Shown: one piece after another, positions 1-8,230 of the stretch | How positions within the stretch are numbered: position 1 is the first letter of the stretch | Layout of the letters: each line of letters begins with the position of its first letter | Assembly (NCBI GenBank): GCA_023382455.1 | Contig: JAHDVX010000005.1 | Location: 133,861 to 197,860 of the forward strand | Length of the DNA stretch: 64,000 bases | From: Flavobacteriales bacterium | GTDB lineage: Bacteria > Bacteroidota > Bacteroidia > Flavobacteriales_F > PHOS-HE28 | Direction: 5' to 3' | The notes under the pieces: model-generated | What the model was told of the DNA's origin: nothing | Seen by the model: only the letters and a program-made list of their open reading frames with translations | The model's database searches: none | Translations under genes and position numbers: made by a program

Positions 1-51
1 ATCGTTTTTCGAGGCCGCGAAAGTAACCATCCCCGCGGTTCGGTCAAAAGC

Positions 52-1245
52 TCATTCCTTTTTTCCGATGATCGGCAGCCGTTCAAAGGGCTTGTTGCGG
101 TCAAATAGATAGCGGTAGGTGGCCAGGTTGCGGTAGTTGTGCGCGCCGAGGTTCTCGCACACACGCAACATCTTGGGGTTGAAATCGCCGATCCAGGTGA
201 GCACCGTGGTGGTGTAGCGCCGCGTGCGCAGCAGCCACTCGCCCATGAAGGCGATCATGGCGCCCTCCACGCCCTTGCCCTGCCATTCCTTGGCCACGCC
301 GAACACGATGCCCGTCATGGTGGTGGCGGTGCCGCGCCATTTGTGCCAGAGGAACTTCAACTTGCCCAGCCAATTGAGGTCGCCGTTGACGTGCCGGAAG
401 ATCTCGTTGAGCTCGGGCAGGTTGATGTAGAAGGCGATGGGCGTTTGCTTGTGGTACACGAAGACGATGATGCGCGGGTCGATCACCGGCTTCATCTGCT
501 GGATGGTCTTCAGCGCCACCTCCTTGGGCATGGGCTTGAAGTTCTCGTGGTCCACCCAGGCCGCGTTGAGCACCGTGCGGAAATCCTCAGCGAGCCTTTC
601 CACGGACATGCCGCGTGCGTCGCACACCTTATAGTCGGGGTCGTGCTTCAGCTGGTTGTACTTGCGCCGGAAGATGGGCTGCACCTCTTCCAGCGCATCG
701 CGTTTGAAGAAGAGCTGTTTGAAGTACAATTGGAAGCCGTACCGCTCGAAGAGCTGCACGTAGTAGGGCGGGTTGTAGTTGGTGCCGTAGATCGGTGCGT
801 CCGTGAAGTTCTCGATCAGCAGGCCCCAGAACATGTTGCGCTCACCGAGGTTCACCGGGCCGTCCATGGCTTCCAGGCCTTGGGCCTTCAGCCAATCGCG
901 GGCGGTGTCGAACAATAGGTTGGCGGCGGCCTGGTCGTTGATACACTCGAAGAAGCCGCATCCGCCGGTGGGCTGCTGCTCATCGGTCCAGGCGGTCTTG
1001 GGGTCGATGAAGGCGGCGATGCGCCCGCAGGCCTTGCCTGCACCGTCGTACAGCACCCATCGCTTCACGGCGCCAGCCTTGCGGTCGGGTCGGGGCTGCA
1101 GCAGCTTGTTTCGCTTGGGGTCGAAGACCTTCTCGATGTCCTGCTTCAGGTGCGGCACCCAGTTGGGGTCGTCGGCGTAGATGCGCCAAGGCAGCCGCAT
1201 CCAATCGTGCAGGGCTTGGCCGCTATCCGCTTCCTGGATCTTCAT
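52..1245 (-). CDS. GNAT-family N-acetyltransferase, ~397 aa (start uncertain; the track ORF extends to 1773 through low-complexity sequence)
   Basis: The C-terminal two-thirds has a GNAT-like acyl-CoA N-acyltransferase pattern. The upstream part of the 573-aa ORF is P/R/S-rich and overlaps the divergent aroK start. Met-177 leaves a 64-bp divergent promoter region. Confidence 0.6.
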   Translation of the reverse strand: MKIQEADSGQALHDWMRLPWRIYADDPNWVPHLKQDIEKVFDPKRNKLLQPRPDRKAGAVKRWVLYDGAGKACGRIAAFIDPKTAWTDEQQPTGGCGFFECINDQAAANLLFDTARDWLKAQGLEAMDGPVNLGERNMFWGLLIENFTDAPIYGTNYNPPYYVQLFERYGFQLYFKQLFFKRDALEEVQPIFRRKYNQLKHDPDYKVCDARGMSVERLAEDFRTVLNAAWVDHENFKPMPKEVALKTIQQMKPVIDPRIIVFVYHKQTPIAFYINLPELNEIFRHVNGDLNWLGKLKFLWHKWRGTATTMTGIVFGVAKEWQGKGVEGAMIAFMGEWLLRTRRYTTTVLTWIGDFNPKMLRVCENLGAHNYRNLATYRYLFDRNKPFERLPIIGKKE

Positions 1246-1309
1246 GGCTGTTTTGCAGGCGGCCAAGATAGGATCGACGGACCGGGACGGATGCTTACTT
1301 TGTGTCACC

Positions 1310-1825
1310 ATGCGCATCTTCATCATCGGCTTCATGTGCAGCGGCAAGAGCGTGGTGGGGCGGGAACTGGCCCAGCTGACCGGCCGCCGCTTCGTGGACC
1401 TGGACCGGGTGATCGAGCAGCGTATCGGGCCGATCCTGCCCTGGATGCAGCAGCATGGTGAAGCGAAGTTCCGCGAGGTGGAAAGCGCGGTGCTGGGCGA
1501 ATTGCTCACCGGTGGTGATGTGCTGGTGGCCTGCGGCGGCGGCACGCCGATGGCGGCGGACAACATGGACCGCATGTTGGCCGCCGGCCGTGTGGTGTAC
1601 CTGGACGTGCCCCATGAAGTGCTGCTGGCCCGGGCCATCCGCTCCGGCGGCGACCGCCCGTTGCTGTTCGGCCTGCATGGACAAGCCCTGAGCGACCGCA
1701 TCGGGGAGTTGATGCGCGTACGGGAACCGGTGTACCGGCGAGCGCCGGTGCACGTGCCGGGAGGGGGCACCACGGCGGAGACCGCGCAATTGATGGCGGA
1801 AATGCTCGGCCTTCAGGAAAGGTAG
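1310..1825 (+). CDS. aroK: shikimate kinase
   Basis: N-terminus MRIFIIGFMCSGKSVVGRELA carries a Walker A motif. Size is 171 aa. A TACTTTG -7-like box lies ~10 nt upstream. Confidence 0.85.
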   Translation: MRIFIIGFMCSGKSVVGRELAQLTGRRFVDLDRVIEQRIGPILPWMQQHGEAKFREVESAVLGELLTGGDVLVACGGGTPMAADNMDRMLAAGRVVYLDVPHEVLLARAIRSGGDRPLLFGLHGQALSDRIGELMRVREPVYRRAPVHVPGGGTTAETAQLMAEMLGLQER

Positions 1826-2316
1826 ACAGTGTCCTTGCGGCCCAGCTCCACGCTGATGTGTTCCTGCAACGTGGTGGTAAGGGTGAGCCCCACGATGTCC
1901 GCGCGGATGGGGAAGGTGCGGTGTAAGCGGTCCACCAGCACCACGGTGGTAAGGCGCTTGAGCGGTGCGGCCACCAGGTGCGCGGCGGCGTACATCAGGG
2001 TGCGGCCGCTCATCAGTACATCATCCACCAGCACCACCGCGCGGCCGTTGAGGTCCACATCGCCCTTGCCCAATTTGGCAGGGCCTTTCATCGGGGCGTC
2101 CTTGTCCAACGCAAGCTCGTGCAGTTCCACCTTCAGGGGTGAGATCTCCTCCAAGTGGGCCTTGAGCCGCATGGCCAGCTTGGCGCCGCGCGGGGCCACG
2201 CCCACCAGCACCACCGAGGTTTCGCCCACATGGCCTTCATACACCTGAAAGGCGATACGCCGCAACTTCCGCTGGATGCGGTCGTGCTCCAAAATCACTG
2301 TGCGTGTCCCGGCCAT
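1813..2316 (-). CDS. pyrR: PyrR-like phosphoribosyltransferase family protein (pyr operon regulator / uracil PRTase type)
   Basis: VVLVDDVLMSGRTL PRPP-binding motif and a PyrR-like N-terminus (ILEHDRIQRKLRRIAFQV). ATG at 2316; the track start at 2331 is TTG. Confidence 0.7.
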   Translation of the reverse strand: MAGTRTVILEHDRIQRKLRRIAFQVYEGHVGETSVVLVGVAPRGAKLAMRLKAHLEEISPLKVELHELALDKDAPMKGPAKLGKGDVDLNGRAVVLVDDVLMSGRTLMYAAAHLVAAPLKRLTTVVLVDRLHRTFPIRADIVGLTLTTTLQEHISVELGRKDTVYLS

Positions 2317-2382
2317 GGGCCGAAAGTACAAGAGCGGCGGATGATCCGCGGTTTTCCCCGCCGGTGCTGAACTTCGCCGCCG

Positions 2383-3135
2383 ATGCTGATCGTCCTTTCC
2401 CCCGCCAAACGACTAAACGAAGGACCCGTTGACAGCCTTCGAGGCACCACGGAGCCGGTGTTCGCTGAACCCGCCCTGCAACTGGTGGAGAAGCTGAAGA
2501 AGCTTTCCGCCAGCAAGCTGCGTACGCTGATGGGCGCCAGCACGGAGATCGCCGCGCTGAACCACGCCCGCTTCCAGGCCTGGGAGGAAACACCGCGCAA
2601 GCCCGCGGCCCTGCTTTACGACGGCGAGGCCTACCGCAAGCTGGACGCACCTTCACTCGATGCCGACGACCGGCGCTTCGCCCAGCGCCACCTGCGGCTG
2701 CTCAGCGGCCTCTACGGCGTGCTGCGCCCCTACGACCTGATCACCCCGTACCGCCTGGAGATGGGCACGCGCCTTCCCGTGGGCCGCGCCAAGGACCTGT
2801 ACGCCTTTTGGGGCGGACGTATCACCGCGGAACTGGCCGACACCGCACGAAGGAACAAGGATGAGGTGCTGCTGAACCTGGCCTCGGAAGAGTACGCCAA
2901 GGCCATCCACCGGGAAACGCTCGGTGTGCCGGTGATCACGCCGGTCTTCAAGGAACGCACGGCCAAAGGGCTGCGTACCGTGATGGTGCATGCCAAGCAC
3001 CAGCGCGGGGCCATGGCACGCTGGATCATCCAGCGGCGGGTGCTGGATGCGGATGCCATCAAAACATACGAGGTGGACGGCTACCGCTTCCAGCCCGGGG
3101 AGAGCAACGGGGCGGAATGGCTGTTCGCGCGGTAG
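2383..3135 (+). CDS. yaaA: YaaA/UPF0246 (DUF328) peroxide-stress family protein
   Basis: N-terminus MLIVLSPAKRL with length and pattern typical of the YaaA family. Confidence 0.8.
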   Translation: MLIVLSPAKRLNEGPVDSLRGTTEPVFAEPALQLVEKLKKLSASKLRTLMGASTEIAALNHARFQAWEETPRKPAALLYDGEAYRKLDAPSLDADDRRFAQRHLRLLSGLYGVLRPYDLITPYRLEMGTRLPVGRAKDLYAFWGGRITAELADTARRNKDEVLLNLASEEYAKAIHRETLGVPVITPVFKERTAKGLRTVMVHAKHQRGAMARWIIQRRVLDADAIKTYEVDGYRFQPGESNGAEWLFAR

Positions 3136-3155
3136 ACCGGGGATAACTTTACGCG

Positions 3156-3980
3156 GTGCTCGCCTTTCTCCTATACTCGTTGGGCCTGTTGGGCCTGGTC
3201 TACCTGGGCGTCTGCCTCTTCTACTGGTGGTTCCAGGAGCGGTTCATCTTCGTGCGCTTCCCCTTGCCCGAGCGTTATGTGTTCCGCTTCCCGCAACCCT
3301 TCGAGGAATGGCGCATGGAACGGCCGGACGGGGCAAGGCTGCATGCGCTGTTCTTCACGGTGGACGAACCGGCCGGCGCGGTGCTCTACCTGCACGGCAA
3401 CACCGGCAGCCTGCGCCGCTGGGGCAAGCGCGCACCGCGCTTCACCAACCAGCGCCATGCCGTGCTGATGCCCGACTACCGGGGCTACGGCAAGAGCACC
3501 GGCGCACTCTCCGAGGCCGCCCTGCACGCCGATGTGCTGGCCTGGTACGACCGGCTGGCCGCCCGTTTCGGCGAGGGGAAGGTGCTGGTCTACGGCCGCT
3601 CCCTGGGTACCGGAATGGCCGTGCCCGTGGCCGCGGCCCGCTCGCCCCGCGCCCTGGTGCTGGAGTCTCCGTTCGCCAATTTCCTGGATGTGGCCCGGCA
3701 CTACCTGGCCATCCTGCCCTACCGCTGGCTGCTGAAGTACCGCTTCCGCAGCGATACAGCCATCCGCAAGGTGCGCTGCCCGGTGTACATCTTCCACGGC
3801 ATGCGCGACCCGCTGGTGCCCTACAGCAGTGCGCTGCGCCTGTATGCCGCCATACCGACGGACGTGCCCCGCGAGCTCATCACCTTCCCCAAGGGCTACC
3901 ACAGCGACTTGGCGGGCTATCCGCGCTTCCGGCGCAAGCTGCGCGCCATCCTGGGCCGGGGAGAGGAAAAGCCCCGTTAA
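3156..3980 (+). CDS. alpha/beta hydrolase (membrane-anchored)
   Basis: N-terminal TM segment, GRSLG nucleophile-elbow-like motif, HG oxyanion region. Confidence 0.75.
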   Translation: MLAFLLYSLGLLGLVYLGVCLFYWWFQERFIFVRFPLPERYVFRFPQPFEEWRMERPDGARLHALFFTVDEPAGAVLYLHGNTGSLRRWGKRAPRFTNQRHAVLMPDYRGYGKSTGALSEAALHADVLAWYDRLAARFGEGKVLVYGRSLGTGMAVPVAAARSPRALVLESPFANFLDVARHYLAILPYRWLLKYRFRSDTAIRKVRCPVYIFHGMRDPLVPYSSALRLYAAIPTDVPRELITFPKGYHSDLAGYPRFRRKLRAILGRGEEKPR

Positions 3981-4037
3981 CGATCATTGCGCCGCCGCAT
4001 GTGCCGGCCGTGTACCTTCGCCGACCATTTCAAACCC

Positions 4038-4763
4038 ATGAACATCAAACTTTCCTTTTTCACCTTGCTCGCCATCCTGGCCAGCGCCTGCACCAACCAG
4101 GCCACCGGACAGCTGGGCCGCGACCTGAAACTCGCCAGCCGACTGGATTCCGTGAGCTACGGCATCGGTTCGGACGTGGGGGGCAACCTGAAGATGAACC
4201 TGGAGCAGGCCGGGCTTGATTCCCTGAACATCGACGCCCTCTTCATCGGCATGCGCGACGCCATGGACAGCAACATGCGCTTCGACCTCGAGAAGATCAA
4301 GGCCACCGTGCATGCCTACATGCTGGATGCCCAGAAGGCCGCCATGGCCAAGCAGCAGGCCGAGGCCGAGGCCACCTTGGCGGAAGGAACCAAGTTCCTG
4401 GCCGAGAACGGCAAGAAGCCCGGCGTGGTGACCACGGCCAGCGGATTGCAGTACGAGGTGCTGCAGATGGGCAAAGGCCCGAAGCCCGCGGCCGAGGAGA
4501 CCGTGAAGGTCCACTACAAGGGTACCCTGATCAACGGGAAGCAGTTCGACAGCTCCTACGACCGCGGCGAGCCGGCCGAGTTCCCCGTGAACGCGGTGAT
4601 CCCCGGGTGGACCGAGGCCCTGCAGCTGATGCCGGTGGGTTCGCGTTGGAAGCTGTACATCCCCAGCGACCTCGCCTACGGCCCGCAGGGCGCCGGGCAG
4701 GACATCCCGGGCAACAGCACGCTCATCTTCGAGGTGGAGCTGCTGGACATCGTGAAGAAGTGA
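4038..4763 (+). CDS. fkpA: FKBP-type peptidyl-prolyl cis-trans isomerase, FkpA-like lipoprotein
   Basis: Lipoprotein signal MNIKLSFFTLLAILASAC. C-terminal FKBP domain (YKGTLINGKQFDSSYDRGEPAEF...LIFEVELLDI). Confidence 0.85.
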   Translation: MNIKLSFFTLLAILASACTNQATGQLGRDLKLASRLDSVSYGIGSDVGGNLKMNLEQAGLDSLNIDALFIGMRDAMDSNMRFDLEKIKATVHAYMLDAQKAAMAKQQAEAEATLAEGTKFLAENGKKPGVVTTASGLQYEVLQMGKGPKPAAEETVKVHYKGTLINGKQFDSSYDRGEPAEFPVNAVIPGWTEALQLMPVGSRWKLYIPSDLAYGPQGAGQDIPGNSTLIFEVELLDIVKK

Positions 4764-4781
4764 TCCCGGACCACGGCACAT

Positions 4782-4810
4782 GGAAAGGCCCGGGCGACCG
4801 GGCCTTTTTC
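4782..4810 (+). terminator. rho-independent terminator after fkpA (GGCCCGG-GCGA-CCGGGCC followed by TTTTT)
   Basis: Perfect 7-bp GC stem, 4-nt loop, T5 tract seen directly in the sequence. Confidence 0.7.
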
Positions 4811-5093
4811 ATTCCGCGGCCGGGCCTTCGGGCAGGGGCCGCCAATGCGAGACCTGCTCGAAGAAGCAGTTGCTGCTGCCCTCCCCAAGCCAAAAGTGCC
4901 GGTGCGTGGCGCGGCCGGTCTTGCTGGGGTTCTTGATGAACCAGTCCTCGGCGAAGCGCAGGATCACCACCAGGCGGGCCTCCCGGCCGGCCAGGCCGGG
5001 CAGCTGAACGCCATGGCCGGGCAGCCAGCAGAGCACGCGTTGCCCGTCGGCGGGCAGCCGTTCGGTGCAGGGTATCCAATCCGCCGTGCTCAT
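4809..5093 (-). CDS. small DUF551-like protein (94 aa) translationally coupled downstream of malate synthase
   Basis: The start ATG overlaps the aceB stop as ATGA. N-terminal W-I-P-C-T-E-R-L-P and C-terminal S-H-W-R-P-L-P-E-G-P motifs resemble DUF551 (phage-associated). The ORF ends at the terminator. Confidence 0.5.
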   Translation of the reverse strand: MSTADWIPCTERLPADGQRVLCWLPGHGVQLPGLAGREARLVVILRFAEDWFIKNPSKTGRATHRHFWLGEGSSNCFFEQVSHWRPLPEGPAAE

Positions 5094-6655
5094 GCGTCCG
5101 TGCCGGGCTTGGCGTCCTCCTCCAGCAGGTCCGGGGGCACGGCCGGCGAAAGTGCGGCGGACAGCAGGCGGTCCACGGCGCGGTCCGCGCTTTGCTTGTC
5201 CTGCGCGATGCCACGCTCGGCGAGCTTCTTGCCCTCCTTGCGGATGAGGTATTTCACCACCTCCTCATGCACCTCCAGCCCGGTGTTGGTGATGAAGCAG
5301 ACCTTGCTGCGCGTCCAGTGCCAGATCAGCAGCGTGGCCAGGCGGATGGAGGTGCGGTCATGCACGCGGCCGCCTTGCACCACCAGCCCTTGGTGGCCCG
5401 GATACTGGACCAGGGCGTGGAGCACCGTGCGGATGCAACGCTGCATCCCCTCGGTGGTGAGGTCGCCGGCCGGGTGCATCACCAGGTCCTCGGGGGTGCT
5501 GGTGTCCGGCCGTTGGAAGTACATCTGGTGGGAGCGGGGCATGCTCTTGTTGAACTCGGCCATGGCGGGGTTCACCAGGCCGGGGAGGGCCACCAGCGTA
5601 CCGTCATGCCCGTCCACCGCCTCGCGTTCCTTGTCCGCCAGCATCTCCAGGAAATCGGCGCGCAGCACGCCGTCCGGCTGGGGCGGCAGAACGAAGGCCG
5701 GTGCGCCGATGGCGTGTGCCTGGCGGCGGTGGCAGATGCTGATGGTGCGCAGGCTGGCGCTGCGCAGGAAATGCGCATTCAGCCCGATGTGCTCCCGGTC
5801 GGGCAGCACGGGCTTGTCCGGGTGGCTGAACAAGGCCACATGGTCGGCGGCGAAGGCCTGCGGGGCCATGGCCAACCCGGCGGAATGGTGCCGCAGTTCG
5901 TGCAGCACCTCGTCGGCCTCCAGCAGCACGGCCAGGCTGTCCATCATCACCGTGGCCTTGAAGGTGCCGCGCGCGAATTCAAGCCGGTCCTCCAGCAGGC
6001 TGAAGATCTCCTTCCACAGCCGCGCTTCCGCATGGCCGCCCAGGTCGCGCAGGTACAGGTACACGCCGCCTTGGCGCAGGCGCATGCGCTCGGCACTGAG
6101 CACGGCCACCAGGGCCAGGTCCACGAAGGTGGCGGCCAGGGGTTCGCCGGGCGTGCCGATGCAATGGTCCGTGGCGTGCAGCGGCCGGGGCACCACCATC
6201 AGGCGCGTGGTGCTTCCGGGGTTGATCCGTACCCGCGATCCGTCGTTGCCCACGTAGGCGAGGTGCAGTGCGGCGGCCCGCTCGATGTTCTTGTGGGCCC
6301 GAAGGATGGCGCCCCGCTCATTGGGCGTCATGTCCCAGAGGTCGGCCACATAGCTCTTGGCCCCGGCGTTCATGCCGTCGATCAGTTCCTTTCGGCTGCA
6401 TCCCCCGATCAGTTCCACCCGGCGTTCCAGCAATTCGGCCGGCACAGGGTCCACCTGCCAGTTGCCATGCCGCGTGGCCGCGGTCTCCGCGAGCTCGCCC
6501 ACGGACCCCGTCCGCAGGGCATCGCGGCGCGCTTCCCCTTGCTGCAGCACCTGTAGCCGCTGCTCGCCGAAGCGCGCGTGGAGCAGGTGCACCAGCTCCA
6601 TCACCGCAGGGGTGAACAAGCGGTCCGTGTTGCGGGCTGTCAAGGTGGTCGGCAT
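5090..6655 (-). CDS. aceB: malate synthase A
   Basis: 521 aa, collinear with E. coli AceB (RRVEL.G..RKELIDGMNAGAK...DLWD; DGHDGTLVALPGL; EGMQRCIR). No isocitrate lyase gene is present in the window. Confidence 0.9.
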   Translation of the reverse strand: MPTTLTARNTDRLFTPAVMELVHLLHARFGEQRLQVLQQGEARRDALRTGSVGELAETAATRHGNWQVDPVPAELLERRVELIGGCSRKELIDGMNAGAKSYVADLWDMTPNERGAILRAHKNIERAAALHLAYVGNDGSRVRINPGSTTRLMVVPRPLHATDHCIGTPGEPLAATFVDLALVAVLSAERMRLRQGGVYLYLRDLGGHAEARLWKEIFSLLEDRLEFARGTFKATVMMDSLAVLLEADEVLHELRHHSAGLAMAPQAFAADHVALFSHPDKPVLPDREHIGLNAHFLRSASLRTISICHRRQAHAIGAPAFVLPPQPDGVLRADFLEMLADKEREAVDGHDGTLVALPGLVNPAMAEFNKSMPRSHQMYFQRPDTSTPEDLVMHPAGDLTTEGMQRCIRTVLHALVQYPGHQGLVVQGGRVHDRTSIRLATLLIWHWTRSKVCFITNTGLEVHEEVVKYLIRKEGKKLAERGIAQDKQSADRAVDRLLSAALSPAVPPDLLEEDAKPGTDA

Positions 6656-6893
6656 GGATGGAGCGGGCCGTTATACGGTGCCGGACAGACGGGAGTTCCC
6701 CTGCCGGGCGGCGCAAAGTTCGCAACGGTTCGGCGTTGCACACATCCCGGTCCAGGCCCGTTCACGAAGGTATGGCCACCTTGCCTTCTTGGTTGCGCGG
6801 CCGGGCGGGAAGTGGCGAGGCGCAAGCGGCCCGGCCGTCGGGGTGGCATGCCGTACTTTCGCCACCCCCTTTGCGCTACCAAGGCAATTCAGC

Positions 6894-8213
6894 ATGAGAG
6901 CGATCCCCACAATTTCCGCCTGCATGATGGCAACCATCACGGCCACGGCCCAGACCCGCGAGATCCAATTCACCGAGTTCGACCTGCCCAACGGGCTCCA
7001 TGTGATCCTCCATGAGGACCACAGCACCCCGATCGTGGCCGTGGGCGTGATGTACCACGTGGGCAGCAAGGACGAGGCCAACGACCGGCGCGGCTTCGCC
7101 CACTTCTTCGAGCACCTGCTCTTCGAAGGATCCGATAACATCGGCCGTGGTGAGTTCGCCAAGTACGTGGAGAAGGCCGGCGGCGTGCTCAACGCCAACA
7201 CCACCGGCGACCGCACCTACTACTACGAGGTGCTGCCCAGCAACCAGCTCGACCTCGGCCTTTGGCTGGAGAGCGAGCGCATGCTCCACGCCAAGGTGGA
7301 CACCAAGGGCATCGAGACGCAGCGCGAGGTGGTGAAGGAGGAGCGCCGCCAACGCTATGAGAACCAGCCCTACGGCAGCATCCTGCCCGAGGTGCTCCGC
7401 CGCGCCTACCACAAGCATCCCTACCAGTGGCCCACCATCGGTTACATGGAGGACCTCAACGCCGCGACGGAGAAGGACTACCGTGAGTTCTACAAGACCT
7501 TCTACGTGCCCAACAACGCCGTGCTGGTGCTGGCCGGAGACCTGGACAGCAAGAAGGCCACGGCGGCGCTCACCAAGTACTTCGGCCCCATCGCCAAGGG
7601 CAAGGCCGTGCCCCGCAACAAGGTGGTGGAGCCGCCGATGACGGGCGAGGTGCGCGACACCGTGTATGACAAGATCCAACTGCCCGCCGTGGTGCAGGCC
7701 TACCGCATCCCCGCGCTGGGCACGCCCGACTTCTATGCCGTGGACATGCTGAACCGCCTGCTGAGCAACGGCAACAGCAGCCGCCTGGTGAAGAACGTGA
7801 AGGATGCCGAGCAGAAGGCCGTCTTCGTCGGATCCTTCAGCCTGCCCTTCGAGGATCCCGGCTTGGCCATCGCCTTCGCCGTGGCCAACATGGGCGTGGC
7901 GCCCGACAGCCTGGAAGCCAGCATGGACCGGCAGTTCGCACGGGTACGGGAGGAGCTGGTGCCCGAGGGCGAACTCGCCAAGCTGAAGGTGCAGATCGAG
8001 ACCGAGCACGCCAACGACAACGGGCGCGTGAGCGGCATCGCCCACAACCTGGCCAACGCCTACACCTTCCTGGGCGGGGCGGACAAGGTGAACACGGAGA
8101 TCGAGCAATACCTCGCCGTCACCCCGGCCGACCTGCAGCGCGTGGCCCGCAAGTACTTCATGCCGGAGAACCGCGTGGTGCTCTATTACCTGCCCTTGAA
8201 CCAGAAGAATTAA
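6894..8213 (+). CDS. M16 family zinc peptidase (insulinase-like), secreted
   Basis: Signal peptide, then HFFEHLLFEG (inverted zinc motif HxxEH). ~439 aa. Confidence 0.85.
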   Translation: MRAIPTISACMMATITATAQTREIQFTEFDLPNGLHVILHEDHSTPIVAVGVMYHVGSKDEANDRRGFAHFFEHLLFEGSDNIGRGEFAKYVEKAGGVLNANTTGDRTYYYEVLPSNQLDLGLWLESERMLHAKVDTKGIETQREVVKEERRQRYENQPYGSILPEVLRRAYHKHPYQWPTIGYMEDLNAATEKDYREFYKTFYVPNNAVLVLAGDLDSKKATAALTKYFGPIAKGKAVPRNKVVEPPMTGEVRDTVYDKIQLPAVVQAYRIPALGTPDFYAVDMLNRLLSNGNSSRLVKNVKDAEQKAVFVGSFSLPFEDPGLAIAFAVANMGVAPDSLEASMDRQFARVREELVPEGELAKLKVQIETEHANDNGRVSGIAHNLANAYTFLGGADKVNTEIEQYLAVTPADLQRVARKYFMPENRVVLYYLPLNQKN

Positions 8214-8230
8214 CCCGCCATCCCAGGAAC

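Noticed and set aside
4845-6257. 470-aa plus-strand ORF across the malate synthase locus
   Set aside because: It is antisense to aceB, which aligns collinearly with E. coli AceB. Its composition is junk-like.
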